Of a DNA stretch of 64,000 nt, positions 49,104-57,519 are shown in pieces. The notes beneath the pieces were generated by a model that searched no databases, was not told the DNA's origin, and was given only the letters and a program-made list of their open reading frames with translations. This DNA is from an uncultured Lachnospiraceae bacterium (lineage in GTDB: Bacteria > Bacillota > Clostridia > Lachnospirales > Lachnospiraceae). Where the stretch lies: positions 17,557 to 81,556 of the forward strand of contig CACYNO010000008.1 of the NCBI GenBank assembly GCA_902775895.1, given 5' to 3'. The stretch's first letter is position 1. Every line of letters starts with the position of its first letter. The translations under genes and the position numbers were made by a program.

Positions 49104-50234
49104 TTAAAATCCCCAGTCCTTATATACCGGCTGGTAACCTGCAGCGCGTATGGCTTCCTCCATCTCCTTTACGGAGCGGGTGTCCGTGATCTCAAACTGA
49201 CCGTCACTCTTTACCTCGTCGGCGTGTCCCCCTACCTCGGTAATAGAACCGGCGCTCATCTTTGTAACACCCAGACCGATAAGCCTGTCACGAAGTCCCG
49301 CCGGCTCCCTTGTGGATATGGTAATGCCCAGTCTCGGCATAAACAACCTGTACGCACACATGGCTTGCACAAGATCAATATCCTTTACACTGCAGGCAGC
49401 TTCAAATTCCGTAACTCCTTCGTGCTCGCATATCCTCGGTATCGACACCGCAATATCAGTTCCCGGATATTTTTTTTGAAGATACATGGCGTGCAGACCG
49501 GCAAAAAATGTATCCTTTCTCCAATCATCAAGTCCCAGAAGAGCACCGATATTTACCGTATTATAATTTGCCTGACATGCAAGCTCCGGGCTGTCCAGGC
49601 GCTTCCTGTAATTGCTTTTTTCACCTATGGGATGCAGCTTCGGAAAAATATCCTCGTTATATGTTTCCTGAAACATGGTAAATCCGTCCGTGCCGGCTTT
49701 AAAGAGCATTTGATATTCATCCTTTGTAAGTGAATATACCTCAATAGATACGGAGTCCACATATTTCCTGAGTATCCTTACACACTCAGCTATATATTCA
49801 GGCGGAGTGGCTTTCCTGCTCTCTCCTGTAAGTATTATGATGTGCCTTATCCCGCTTTCTCTGATCGCTTTTCCTTCAGCCTCCACCTCTTCAAGGCTTA
49901 GTATCCCACGCCTGACGGTATTGTTTTTATTAAACCCGCAGTAAAGGCAGCCGTTTTCGCAGACATTTGAAAGATACAAGGGAGTAAAAAGAAGTATGGT
50001 CTTTCCGAAAAACTTTTGGGTCACCCTGTTCGCTTCCTGTGCCATGGCCTCCAAAACATCCGGCTCCTGAGCTGCAGGTGATAATAGGGTCAAAAAATCC
50101 TCCGGTGTTTTGGATTCTTTTTTTATTACCCTCAGCACATCTTCTCTTGTCGCATTTTCAAACACATACCCGAAGTCATACTCTTTATATTGTCTGTACA
50201 GATCATAAAAACTCATATCAACCTCTGTGATCAA
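49104..50234 (-). CDS. thiH: 2-iminoacetate synthase ThiH (radical SAM)
   Basis: CENGCLYC (CX3CX2C); overlaps thiG by 4 nt. Confidence 0.9.
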   Translation of the reverse strand: MITEVDMSFYDLYRQYKEYDFGYVFENATREDVLRVIKKESKTPEDFLTLLSPAAQEPDVLEAMAQEANRVTQKFFGKTILLFTPLYLSNVCENGCLYCGFNKNNTVRRGILSLEEVEAEGKAIRESGIRHIIILTGESRKATPPEYIAECVRILRKYVDSVSIEVYSLTKDEYQMLFKAGTDGFTMFQETYNEDIFPKLHPIGEKSNYRKRLDSPELACQANYNTVNIGALLGLDDWRKDTFFAGLHAMYLQKKYPGTDIAVSIPRICEHEGVTEFEAACSVKDIDLVQAMCAYRLFMPRLGITISTREPAGLRDRLIGLGVTKMSAGSITEVGGHADEVKSDGQFEITDTRSVKEMEEAIRAAGYQPVYKDWGF

Positions 50235-51001
50235 TTTCTTAAAAATCCCGTAAGAGGGGTGCTTCCTTTTGCACTCTCACTCACTGCTCCCGGTCCCGCC
50301 AGATAAGCATTTCTTCCGGCTTTCACTGCCTGCGCGAATGCTTTTGTCATAAGAACCGGATTTCCCGAAGTGGCTATGGCAGTATTAATAAGCACTGCCG
50401 AAGCTCCTGTCTCCATGCACTCTGCCGCCTCTGACGGCTTTCCTATCCCCGCATCCACCACAACGGGAATGTCCATTTCCTCACACATTATGCTCACCAG
50501 TTCTTTTGTCTTAAATCCCTTGTTTGTACCTATGGGTGCTCCCAGAGGCATGACCGAAGCTGCTCCCGCATCACGCATACGCCTTGCGGCATACAGGTCA
50601 GGTGTCATGTAAGGCATGACCGTAAAACCTTCTTTCGCAAGAATATCCACGGCTTTCAGAGTCTCGCCATTATCAGGCAGGAGATATTTATTATCCGATA
50701 CCACCTCAATCTTTACCCAGTCACCGCAGCCTGCCGCTCGTCCCAGTCTTGCAATACGCACGGCTTCATCAGCATCCCTTGCGCCATGGGTATTTGGCAT
50801 AAGGATACAGTCCTTCGGGATGTGGCGGATTATGTTGTCGGTATCCGACTCAAAATCAACCCTTCTTAAAGCAACTGTGATAATATTCACTCCTCCCGCT
50901 TCCACACACTTGGGTATAAGGGAATCATCACCGAATTTGCCGGTCCCAAGAAATAAGCGGCTCTTTATTTCTATTCCGTTTATTACTAAAATATCTTCCA
51001 T
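50231..51001 (-). CDS. thiG: thiazole synthase
   Basis: 256 aa, ...LFLGTGKF..., ...[10 protein letters not shown]..., ...DAGIGKPS... Confidence 0.95.
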   Translation of the reverse strand: MEDILVINGIEIKSRLFLGTGKFGDDSLIPKCVEAGGVNIITVALRRVDFESDTDNIIRHIPKDCILMPNTHGARDADEAVRIARLGRAAGCGDWVKIEVVSDNKYLLPDNGETLKAVDILAKEGFTVMPYMTPDLYAARRMRDAGAASVMPLGAPIGTNKGFKTKELVSIMCEEMDIPVVVDAGIGKPSEAAECMETGASAVLINTAIATSGNPVLMTKAFAQAVKAGRNAYLAGPGAVSESAKGSTPLTGFLRN

Positions 51002-51004
51002 GAT

Positions 51005-51205
51005 TCAGCCGCCTCCTACGAATCGTAAAACCTCAACCACACTACCCTCTTTCAACTCACACTCTCCAAACTCCTCGGGCTTCAGTATCACCATGTCCAC
51101 CTCAGCAACTATGGTTTCAGGATCGATGTTTTTTTCATTTAAAATATCAAGAAGGCTTGCTCCCTCTTTACACTCCGTATCTTCACCGTTTAATCTGATC
51201 AGCAT
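51005..51205 (-). CDS. thiS: sulfur carrier protein ThiS
   Basis: 66 aa ending in GG(G). Confidence 0.85.
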   Translation of the reverse strand: MLIRLNGEDTECKEGASLLDILNEKNIDPETIVAEVDMVILKPEEFGECELKEGSVVEVLRFVGGG

Positions 51206-52004
51206 TTTTTTCTCCCGTTTTATAAAAATGGTTAAGAGGCCCTTTCCCCTTACCTAAATCCAAACCGTCTTTGATGGCACCCGTAACATATATCTTTGCC
51301 CGATGCACCGCTGTCTTCATATTCATACCCTTTGCAAGACCTGCGGCAATGGCACTCGAAAGTGTACAGCCTGTACCGTGGGTATTTGTATTGTCTATTC
51401 GGCGCGAGGAAAAGCAAAGGGGTTTTTCATCTTCAAAAAAAAGAATATCCGTTGATGCCTGCGGGTCTGAATCCAGGTGACCGCCCTTGATCAGTACATC
51501 GCATTTAAACTTATTTCTTAAAAACTCTCCTGCGCTTAACATTTCCTCTTCTGAACCAATCTTTATACCTGATAGTTTCTCGGCTTCAGGCACATTTGGT
51601 GTAATGATATCCGAAACCGGCAACAAATAATCGCACATGGCTTTTATACTGTCTTCGTTTATTAGTTCATTTCCTGATGTTGATACCATAACCGGATCTA
51701 CAACAATATTTTCCGCTTTCTCTTTTTCCAAAAATCCGGCAATGATCTTTATACCTTCAGGGTCACTAAGCATCCCTGTCTTTACGGCATCCGGTCTTAT
51801 ATCTGAAAAAACACTCTTCAGTTGCTTTTCCAAAAAGTCAGCCGGCACTTCTAAAATACCGTCAACTCCCAGGGTGTTTTGCGCTGTCAGTGCCGTGATA
51901 ACGCTCATCCCGTAAACCCCGTTTGCACCGAAGGTCTTTAGATCCGCCTGGATCCCGGCCCCTCCGATGGTATCACTACCTGCTATCGTAAGACATGTTT
52001 TCAT
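51183..52004 (-). CDS. thiD: hydroxymethylpyrimidine/phosphomethylpyrimidine kinase
   Basis: IAGSDTIGGAGIQADLKT and GTGCTLSSAIAA motifs. Start at the ATG 5 nt after GGAGGTG. Confidence 0.92.
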   Translation of the reverse strand: MKTCLTIAGSDTIGGAGIQADLKTFGANGVYGMSVITALTAQNTLGVDGILEVPADFLEKQLKSVFSDIRPDAVKTGMLSDPEGIKIIAGFLEKEKAENIVVDPVMVSTSGNELINEDSIKAMCDYLLPVSDIITPNVPEAEKLSGIKIGSEEEMLSAGEFLRNKFKCDVLIKGGHLDSDPQASTDILFFEDEKPLCFSSRRIDNTNTHGTGCTLSSAIAAGLAKGMNMKTAVHRAKIYVTGAIKDGLDLGKGKGPLNHFYKTGEKNADQIKR

Positions 52005-52117
52005 GGCCACCTCCATAATCCCGACAATTCATGAGCCACAGAGTTTGCAATCAAACTTTTCAAGTTTGGTTTGCAAACTTTAAATTTCAGCGGTCTCGCA
52101 TAAGCCGCTGAAATTTT

Positions 52118-53431
52118 TTATTCACCAAATATCTTCACTTCCCCGCCCTCAAGTATCTTATTCATGTTTCTAACAGAACAAAAATTACCGCACATACTGC
52201 AGCTGTCCTCTTTTTCCGGAGCGGCAGACTCTCTGTATGCTTTTGCCTTTTCCGGATCAATGGCTATCTTAAACTGCTTCTCCCAGTCAAGGACACGCCT
52301 TGCATCTGCCATGGCATTATCCGCATCTGTTGCATGAGGAAGTCCCTTTGCAATGTCTGCCGCATGAGCCGCGATCTTTGATGCCATGATGCCTTCTTTA
52401 ACATCATCAAGATCAGGAAGGCGAAGATGCTCCGCCGGGGTCACGTAGCAAAGAAACGCAGCCCCATGCCATGCTGCCATGGCCCCGCCTATTGCAGATG
52501 TTATATGGTCATACCCCGGTGCTATGTCTGTAACAAGGGGACCCAAAACATAGAAAGGTGCACCATGGCAAAGTGTTTTTTGTATCTCCATATTTGCCGC
52601 GATCTGGTTCATAGGCATATGTCCCGGTCCCTCTATCATTACCTGAACATCCCTTTCCCATGCACGGAGAGTAAGCTCTCCAAGTGTCATTAATTCTTCC
52701 ACCTGCGCCGCATCCGTCGCATCATCAATACAACCGGGACGGCACGCATCACCGAGACTTATAGTCACATCATACTCTCTGCAGATATCAAGAAGTTCGT
52801 CATAGTATTCAAAAAAAGGGTTCTCATTTCCCGTCATCTGCATCCAGGCATATATTATGGAACCGCCTCTGGACACTATATTCATCTTACGCTTGTTTCG
52901 TTTGAACTTTTCGGCAGTCTCACGGTTTATCCCGCAATGTATAGTCAGAAAATCCACCCCGTCTTGTGCATGAAGTCTGACAACATCCAGCCACTCTTTT
53001 GCGGTTATCTGCTTTAGTTCTTTTCTGTAATAAACAAGAGCATCATATATGGGAACCGTCCCCAGCATTGCCGGGCACTTTGATGCTATGTGACGCCTGA
53101 AGCTGCTTGTATCACCGCATGAACTAAGATCCATGATCGCCTCGGCACCGTAATTCACCGCCATATCCACTTTTTTGTATTCCAACTCCCAGTCCTCGGC
53201 ATCCTTTGAGGCTCCCAGGTTTACATTTATCTTTGTGGTAAGTGCATGACCTATGCCGTTGGGATCAAGTGCCGTATGATTTTTATTTGCAGGGATTATC
53301 ACCTGCCCCTTTGCAACCAGCTCTCTTAATTTTTCCGGCTCCATGTGTTCTTTTGCAGCAACCTTTTTCATTTCATCCGTGATGATCCCCTGCTTTGCAG
53401 CGTCCATCTGTGTCGTGTAATTTCTCTCCAT
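52118..53431 (-). CDS. thiC: phosphomethylpyrimidine synthase
   Basis: C-terminal CSMCGNFCS cluster. Start at the ATG with GGAG 9 nt upstream (ORF track GTG at 53440). Confidence 0.95.
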   Translation of the reverse strand: MERNYTTQMDAAKQGIITDEMKKVAAKEHMEPEKLRELVAKGQVIIPANKNHTALDPNGIGHALTTKINVNLGASKDAEDWELEYKKVDMAVNYGAEAIMDLSSCGDTSSFRRHIASKCPAMLGTVPIYDALVYYRKELKQITAKEWLDVVRLHAQDGVDFLTIHCGINRETAEKFKRNKRKMNIVSRGGSIIYAWMQMTGNENPFFEYYDELLDICREYDVTISLGDACRPGCIDDATDAAQVEELMTLGELTLRAWERDVQVMIEGPGHMPMNQIAANMEIQKTLCHGAPFYVLGPLVTDIAPGYDHITSAIGGAMAAWHGAAFLCYVTPAEHLRLPDLDDVKEGIMASKIAAHAADIAKGLPHATDADNAMADARRVLDWEKQFKIAIDPEKAKAYRESAAPEKEDSCSMCGNFCSVRNMNKILEGGEVKIFGE

Positions 53432-53453
53432 TATCTTCACTCCGTTTTAATAA

Positions 53454-53488
53454 TAAAAAAAGATAAGATGCCTGAAGCACCTTACCTT
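53454..53488 (-). terminator. TPP riboswitch expression-platform terminator
   Basis: Minus strand AAGGTAAGGTGC-TTCAG-GCATCTTATCTT stem (with G-U pairs) followed by TTTTTTT, between the aptamer and thiC. Confidence 0.6.
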
Positions 53489-53506
53489 AAAAGTCAGTAA
53501 AAATAT

Positions 53507-53585
53507 GCTCCCTACGTTGGCATTATCCAAATCAGGTTGGGTCGAAGTTGATTACTTCCTCTCAGCCCGCCTACGAGCTCCCCTG
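53507..53585 (-). promoter_or_regulatory. TPP (THI-box) riboswitch aptamer
   Basis: Minus strand GGGGAGC...CTGAGAGGAAG...ACCCAACCTGATTTGGATAATGCCAACGTAGGGAGC matches the conserved CUGAGA / ACCUGAU / GGAUAAUGCCA / CGUAGGGA blocks. Confidence 0.9.
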
Positions 53586-53598
53586 CTTTTCTTACCTT

Positions 53599-53627
53599 AA
53601 TCTAACACTTATTGTTTTCGCAGTCAA
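53599..53627 (-). promoter_or_regulatory. thiC promoter
   Basis: Minus strand TTGACT - 17 - TAGATT, about 7-14 nt upstream of the aptamer. Confidence 0.55.
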
Positions 53628-53664
53628 ACGATATGGTCTGTTTTGTTTTGGCATTTGCCTATGT

Positions 53665-54069
53665 CTACTCTGCTTTAAATATTTCACCGCCATTTTCACC
53701 ATACACTACGAGCAGCCGGTCATCTTCTCCTTTTACTTTAAACACTTCCATGCCTGTCCCTGCATTAGATGACAAATCCGGGATTTTTTTTATTTCTTCA
53801 CTTGTGGTTACTCCGTTTACATCGTTTAAGTCTTTATAAAAGGTCTCCCCTATCTTATCACCTTTTAAGGATTCAATTTCCACCTCGTCCACATACTTAA
53901 CCGTTTGCCAATAAACATTGTCTCCGTACTTAACATACAGCAACATGTCTGATGTCGACATTTCACCGACTTCCTGCAATTCCTTCTCCGTCTCGTTTTG
54001 CGTGTTACAGCCGATGAATGATATGCTGCATAAAGATGCTGCAATAATGACCATTAACCTTTTTTTCAT
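53665..54069 (-). CDS. small lipoprotein
   Basis: Lipobox FIGC. RBS GGAGG lies in the 23-nt gap after the Res-like ORF. Confidence 0.55.
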   Translation of the reverse strand: MKKRLMVIIAASLCSISFIGCNTQNETEKELQEVGEMSTSDMLLYVKYGDNVYWQTVKYVDEVEIESLKGDKIGETFYKDLNDVNGVTTSEEIKKIPDLSSNAGTGMEVFKVKGEDDRLLVVYGENGGEIFKAE

Positions 54070-54092
54070 TTTGATGCCTCCTGCTGATTTGA

Positions 54093-56219
54093 TTACACAC
54101 CTAAAAGTTTTTCAATATCTTCCTTATATTCGCTAATCCTTTTTTCAACATTAAAGAAATGTAAACCCCATATCCGATATTCGTTATCATCCTTTAGAAC
54201 CTTGACCGGGATGGCCTCTTCTCTCATCTGAAGCAGGAACTCCTCTTTCCACGCGTCCTTCTCCAGAAGGTGGGTGCCCTTTGGTTCAATAAATATCTGC
54301 ATCTGCTCGAAGCCGTCCGTCTTCTTCTTTTGCAGGAAGAGGACATAGTCGGGCTCGAAACGCTCACCGCCTTCAAAGGAGTACAGGTGGAACTCGCGCT
54401 CGTTTCTGACAAGGTATATCTTGCAGTAAACGTCCCTTAACTCATCCACATAGTTACGGAAATAGGCAACAAATGCCTTTTCCTCTGACGTACCGTAATT
54501 ATCCATGTATGCAAACCAGTCTGCTGCAGAAAGATCGATTCTCCAATCCTTTCTGACAGATGGATCGTTTTGCGATACACCTATGCCACCGTCGTGAGGA
54601 TCGGTGATGTTAACCGTCTTGTTCTTGAAGACCTCATGCACCTTGTGCGCCCGGAACTCCTTGGTGCCGTAGTATGTTTCTTCTATCTTCGAAATCGATC
54701 TGGCAACCTTCCCAAGCACGTAAAAGGCAGCATCGTGCATCGTCTGCATAGTCGGTTGCCCCTCTTTGCTGTGGATGTCAATCCGAATGCCGCCAAGGTA
54801 TTCGTCGCTCATCACGAACTCCCTCGTGGATTTGATGTTCGGGAAGTACGAATGCAGGGTGTTGAACTTGAAAATCGGATACTTCATCAGTGCTTTGTGG
54901 ACAAGCGCGTAGTTGCGTTTTGCCATCTCACCAATCGTCATCCTGCTCGTCTTCAACTCAACCTTTGTATCGGTGCTACCGGAAGTGTCATCCATAATGA
55001 CATCCATGCCGGACACTCCGGTCGCGGTGGTAAAGCTGTAAATGTTGTCGCGAACAGATGGAAGTAGCCCATGCACTTCCTTCCTGTCCTTAACCTTGCG
55101 GTCGTTTATGAAAACAAGCCCCTGCTTGTACAAATCGTCAGTTTTGAAAAGATCCTTAAGCACATACTCGCGCTGGACAGTCTTTTCGGTATCCAAGCCA
55201 ATCTCGCGTAGGGCGTTGTGAAGCTCAGTCACATATCGGTGATTGTTCTGGCAGTGGTAGTAAAGCTCCTCGCAAATGCGCATCTCGTTCGTGATGTCGT
55301 CATCGTACTTGCGCTGATACTTCGGCTGCTCGTCATCCAGCTGGAACGGACAGTACCTTGCACCGCGCCCAATCAGCTGTGCTTCCGATATCGTTGCCGG
55401 GGATATCTTCTTTCCACCCGATTGTCTTGTTTCGTAAAGGCGGACGATGTCGAAGAGGTTTAGAACGTCCCAGCCTTCGTCGAGCTTCTTGACCTCGAAG
55501 ATGGCTCTGTACGGATTGTCCTGATCCTCCAGCGAGTTCAAGAGAATCTGTTTCTGCGTGGCATCCTTGTCGTCGTTGACGGACACGCAGTGCTGCTCCG
55601 CGAAATCATCTCGCAATTCCTGCGCAAGCGTGTCAAGGGAAATGCCGTTTGCCGCAAAGTAGTCGAACGCTTTCTGCATGGTCGGATTGTCGATGGCGTT
55701 GGATAATTTGCGCAGCTGTTCGCCCGTCAGCTTGGATACTGTCTCGATAAACTCCGCCATGAAATCTTTGCTGTCAGCAATCTTTGCAGCCTTGAAGAGT
55801 ATCACCGGTTTGATGGCCAGACGATTGTCTTGGAATACCTTCAGCCGGTACTGGCTCAACACGAGTGCCTGCAAAGCCCTCTCCATGATGGCGAGGTCGG
55901 AGCGTAACGTGATGATGTCTTTCGAGTACTGGTCGTGGTAGAACTGCTCCAGCGGATAATTGAACACGATCTTGCTCTCATAGGCTGCCCGGATTGCCTG
56001 ATTCTCGAGATCGCATGTCGCCGTGAACTCAAGCAGCACATTCTCGTTGTTCTTGTAGAAAATACTCTTTACCGTGCTCTCCCATGAGTGGTAGTAGCTC
56101 TCTTCCTCGGCAGACATCTTCTTCTTGGTATCCACATTCAGGTGATGAGCCTCGTCAGCGTATGTCAAGATAGGTCTAACACTTTTTTCTGCCATTTTTT
56201 CGATGGCAGAAATCATCAC
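54093..56219 (-). CDS. Type III restriction Res-like helicase/nuclease lacking its N-terminal Walker A region (5'-truncated; possibly a pseudogene or one half of a split gene)
   Basis: 708 aa. DEAH at aa 22-25, LEFTATC, LDEGWDVLNLF, QLIGRGAR, C-terminal FEPDYVLF...IFIEPKG PD-ExK block. No GxGKT. The frame is closed 4 codons upstream of the start. Confidence 0.7.
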   Translation of the reverse strand: MMISAIEKMAEKSVRPILTYADEAHHLNVDTKKKMSAEEESYYHSWESTVKSIFYKNNENVLLEFTATCDLENQAIRAAYESKIVFNYPLEQFYHDQYSKDIITLRSDLAIMERALQALVLSQYRLKVFQDNRLAIKPVILFKAAKIADSKDFMAEFIETVSKLTGEQLRKLSNAIDNPTMQKAFDYFAANGISLDTLAQELRDDFAEQHCVSVNDDKDATQKQILLNSLEDQDNPYRAIFEVKKLDEGWDVLNLFDIVRLYETRQSGGKKISPATISEAQLIGRGARYCPFQLDDEQPKYQRKYDDDITNEMRICEELYYHCQNNHRYVTELHNALREIGLDTEKTVQREYVLKDLFKTDDLYKQGLVFINDRKVKDRKEVHGLLPSVRDNIYSFTTATGVSGMDVIMDDTSGSTDTKVELKTSRMTIGEMAKRNYALVHKALMKYPIFKFNTLHSYFPNIKSTREFVMSDEYLGGIRIDIHSKEGQPTMQTMHDAAFYVLGKVARSISKIEETYYGTKEFRAHKVHEVFKNKTVNITDPHDGGIGVSQNDPSVRKDWRIDLSAADWFAYMDNYGTSEEKAFVAYFRNYVDELRDVYCKIYLVRNEREFHLYSFEGGERFEPDYVLFLQKKKTDGFEQMQIFIEPKGTHLLEKDAWKEEFLLQMREEAIPVKVLKDDNEYRIWGLHFFNVEKRISEYKEDIEKLLGV

Positions 56220-57184
56220 TAAAACCCATACTTTATCTCAAACGCTTTCCTCTTAGCTGCTTCTTCATCTTGCAAATCATAAAACTCGTTTGCCGGTTTA
56301 AGTTGTATTCTATCTTCATCAATGCCTGCATCTATGAGGCTTTGTCTCATTGAGTTCATCTTATTCGGATCAAACCATATAAGCGTCCAAACAACATTCT
56401 TCCCGCTTAATAAATCTATATTACTGAAGTAGGGCATATCAATTCCCGCTAAAGAATGACCAGCCACAATTATCTCCGTGATATCCTCGTTTGCAATTCT
56501 TTGCAAATTATACATATAACGATTAATATCCTTTAAGGTGGTTCTATAATAGTCTTTTACCACCTTACAAATGCTTATCTCTTTTTCGTCAAAAACTTCT
56601 TCCGCACTCTTCTGTTTTTGTCCTATCGCCTCTATTCTTGCTAAATTGCCGTGTCCCAAAACTGGATCATCGGTGTAATCTCTAAGTGATCCATGTATAT
56701 GAATAACAGATGAATCTGAGATACCATAAACTTTTTCAAGCGTAGCTGTATAGTTGAAGTTGATGTACAAATCACGATTATCCTTATTGATCTGAGATAC
56801 CTTAGGAAGAGTATCTCTGATTTTTATTGTCCTTATCCATCTCTTCAGATATACCGCCAGCTTATTTATATACTGGTATTCTTTTGTAAAATAATCATAT
56901 AGTGTATCTTCTATGCCAACATCACCAGACTCTAAGTCCATTTCAATTGATGTAGCATTCTCAATAATAATATCCTCATCTATATTCGCTAAATTTGTCT
57001 CCAGTTCATTCCAGAGCAATTTCTTTTTTGCATCATCAGACATATTCGGATATATATAATAATGTTCCTCAAATGCTTGGAGAAAATCATAAGCAACATG
57101 CTCAAGATATGTTCTGAAATCCCAGTATTGCGTTGGCAATCTATGTGCTATGTCAAATCCGTTTCCTATAATGTATAATTTCAC
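56219..57184 (-). CDS. AbiH-family abortive infection protein homologue
   Basis: 321 aa, MKLYIIGNGFDIAHRLPTQYWDF, VIHIHGS, IIVAGHSLAGIDMPYF. GTG start 8 nt after GGGAAGAG. AT-rich relative to its flanks. Confidence 0.7.
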   Translation of the reverse strand: MKLYIIGNGFDIAHRLPTQYWDFRTYLEHVAYDFLQAFEEHYYIYPNMSDDAKKKLLWNELETNLANIDEDIIIENATSIEMDLESGDVGIEDTLYDYFTKEYQYINKLAVYLKRWIRTIKIRDTLPKVSQINKDNRDLYINFNYTATLEKVYGISDSSVIHIHGSLRDYTDDPVLGHGNLARIEAIGQKQKSAEEVFDEKEISICKVVKDYYRTTLKDINRYMYNLQRIANEDITEIIVAGHSLAGIDMPYFSNIDLLSGKNVVWTLIWFDPNKMNSMRQSLIDAGIDEDRIQLKPANEFYDLQDEEAAKRKAFEIKYGF

Positions 57185-57189
57185 TGTTC

Positions 57190-57402
57190 TTACTCTTCCC
57201 TCTTCACATAATGCAGCTCAATATCGTATCCCAGAGCCTCCATCATCTGAACAAACGTATTATTCACCACTCCGTTCGGCTTCTTGATGACGCGGTTCAC
57301 GTAGGACTTGGTGGTCTCGATCTGCTCAGCCACCGCTGCCTGTGTAGTCCCTTCTTCTATGCATTTTACTTTTACATCTATTTCAATATTGTTTCTTACC
57401 AT
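57190..57402 (-). CDS. small XRE/Cro-like HTH protein
   Basis: ...GTTQAAVAEQIETTKSYVNRVIKK... The ORF track starts at GTG 57435. The ATG at 57402 fits the promoter and RBS better. Confidence 0.6.
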   Translation of the reverse strand: MVRNNIEIDVKVKCIEEGTTQAAVAEQIETTKSYVNRVIKKPNGVVNNTFVQMMEALGYDIELHYVKREE

Positions 57403-57449
57403 ATTCGCTCTTACCCTGTTCTCAATCAGTTTCACAAAACAGATAACTT

Positions 57450-57478
57450 ATTGTACCATGAAATATGCGTTTTTTCAA
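57450..57478 (-). promoter_or_regulatory. promoter of the HTH/AbiH-like/Res-like unit
   Basis: Minus strand TTGAAA - 17 - TACAAT. Confidence 0.55.
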
Positions 57479-57480
57479 CG

Positions 57481-57514
57481 AAAAAAGAGCCGGTCAGATC
57501 ACTCCAACCGACTC
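57481..57514 (-). terminator. rho-independent terminator after the last recombinase gene
   Basis: Minus strand GAGUCGGU...ACCGGCUC stem followed by UUUUUU, 5 nt after the stop at 57520. Confidence 0.6.
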
Positions 57515-57519
57515 CTATC

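Noticed and set aside
52017-52117. Second TPP riboswitch in front of thiD
   Set aside because: No CUGAGA, ACCUGAU or GGAUAAUGCC blocks on either strand; only two hairpins.
54570-55067. Long antisense ORFs inside clear genes (for example 54570..55067, 58390..58932, 44700..45335, 1610..2443, 10766..11155, 50616..51257)
   Set aside because: Each lies entirely within a longer opposite-strand ORF that has recognisable family motifs. Their translations are low-complexity or Ser/Pro/Leu-rich, typical of non-coding frames.
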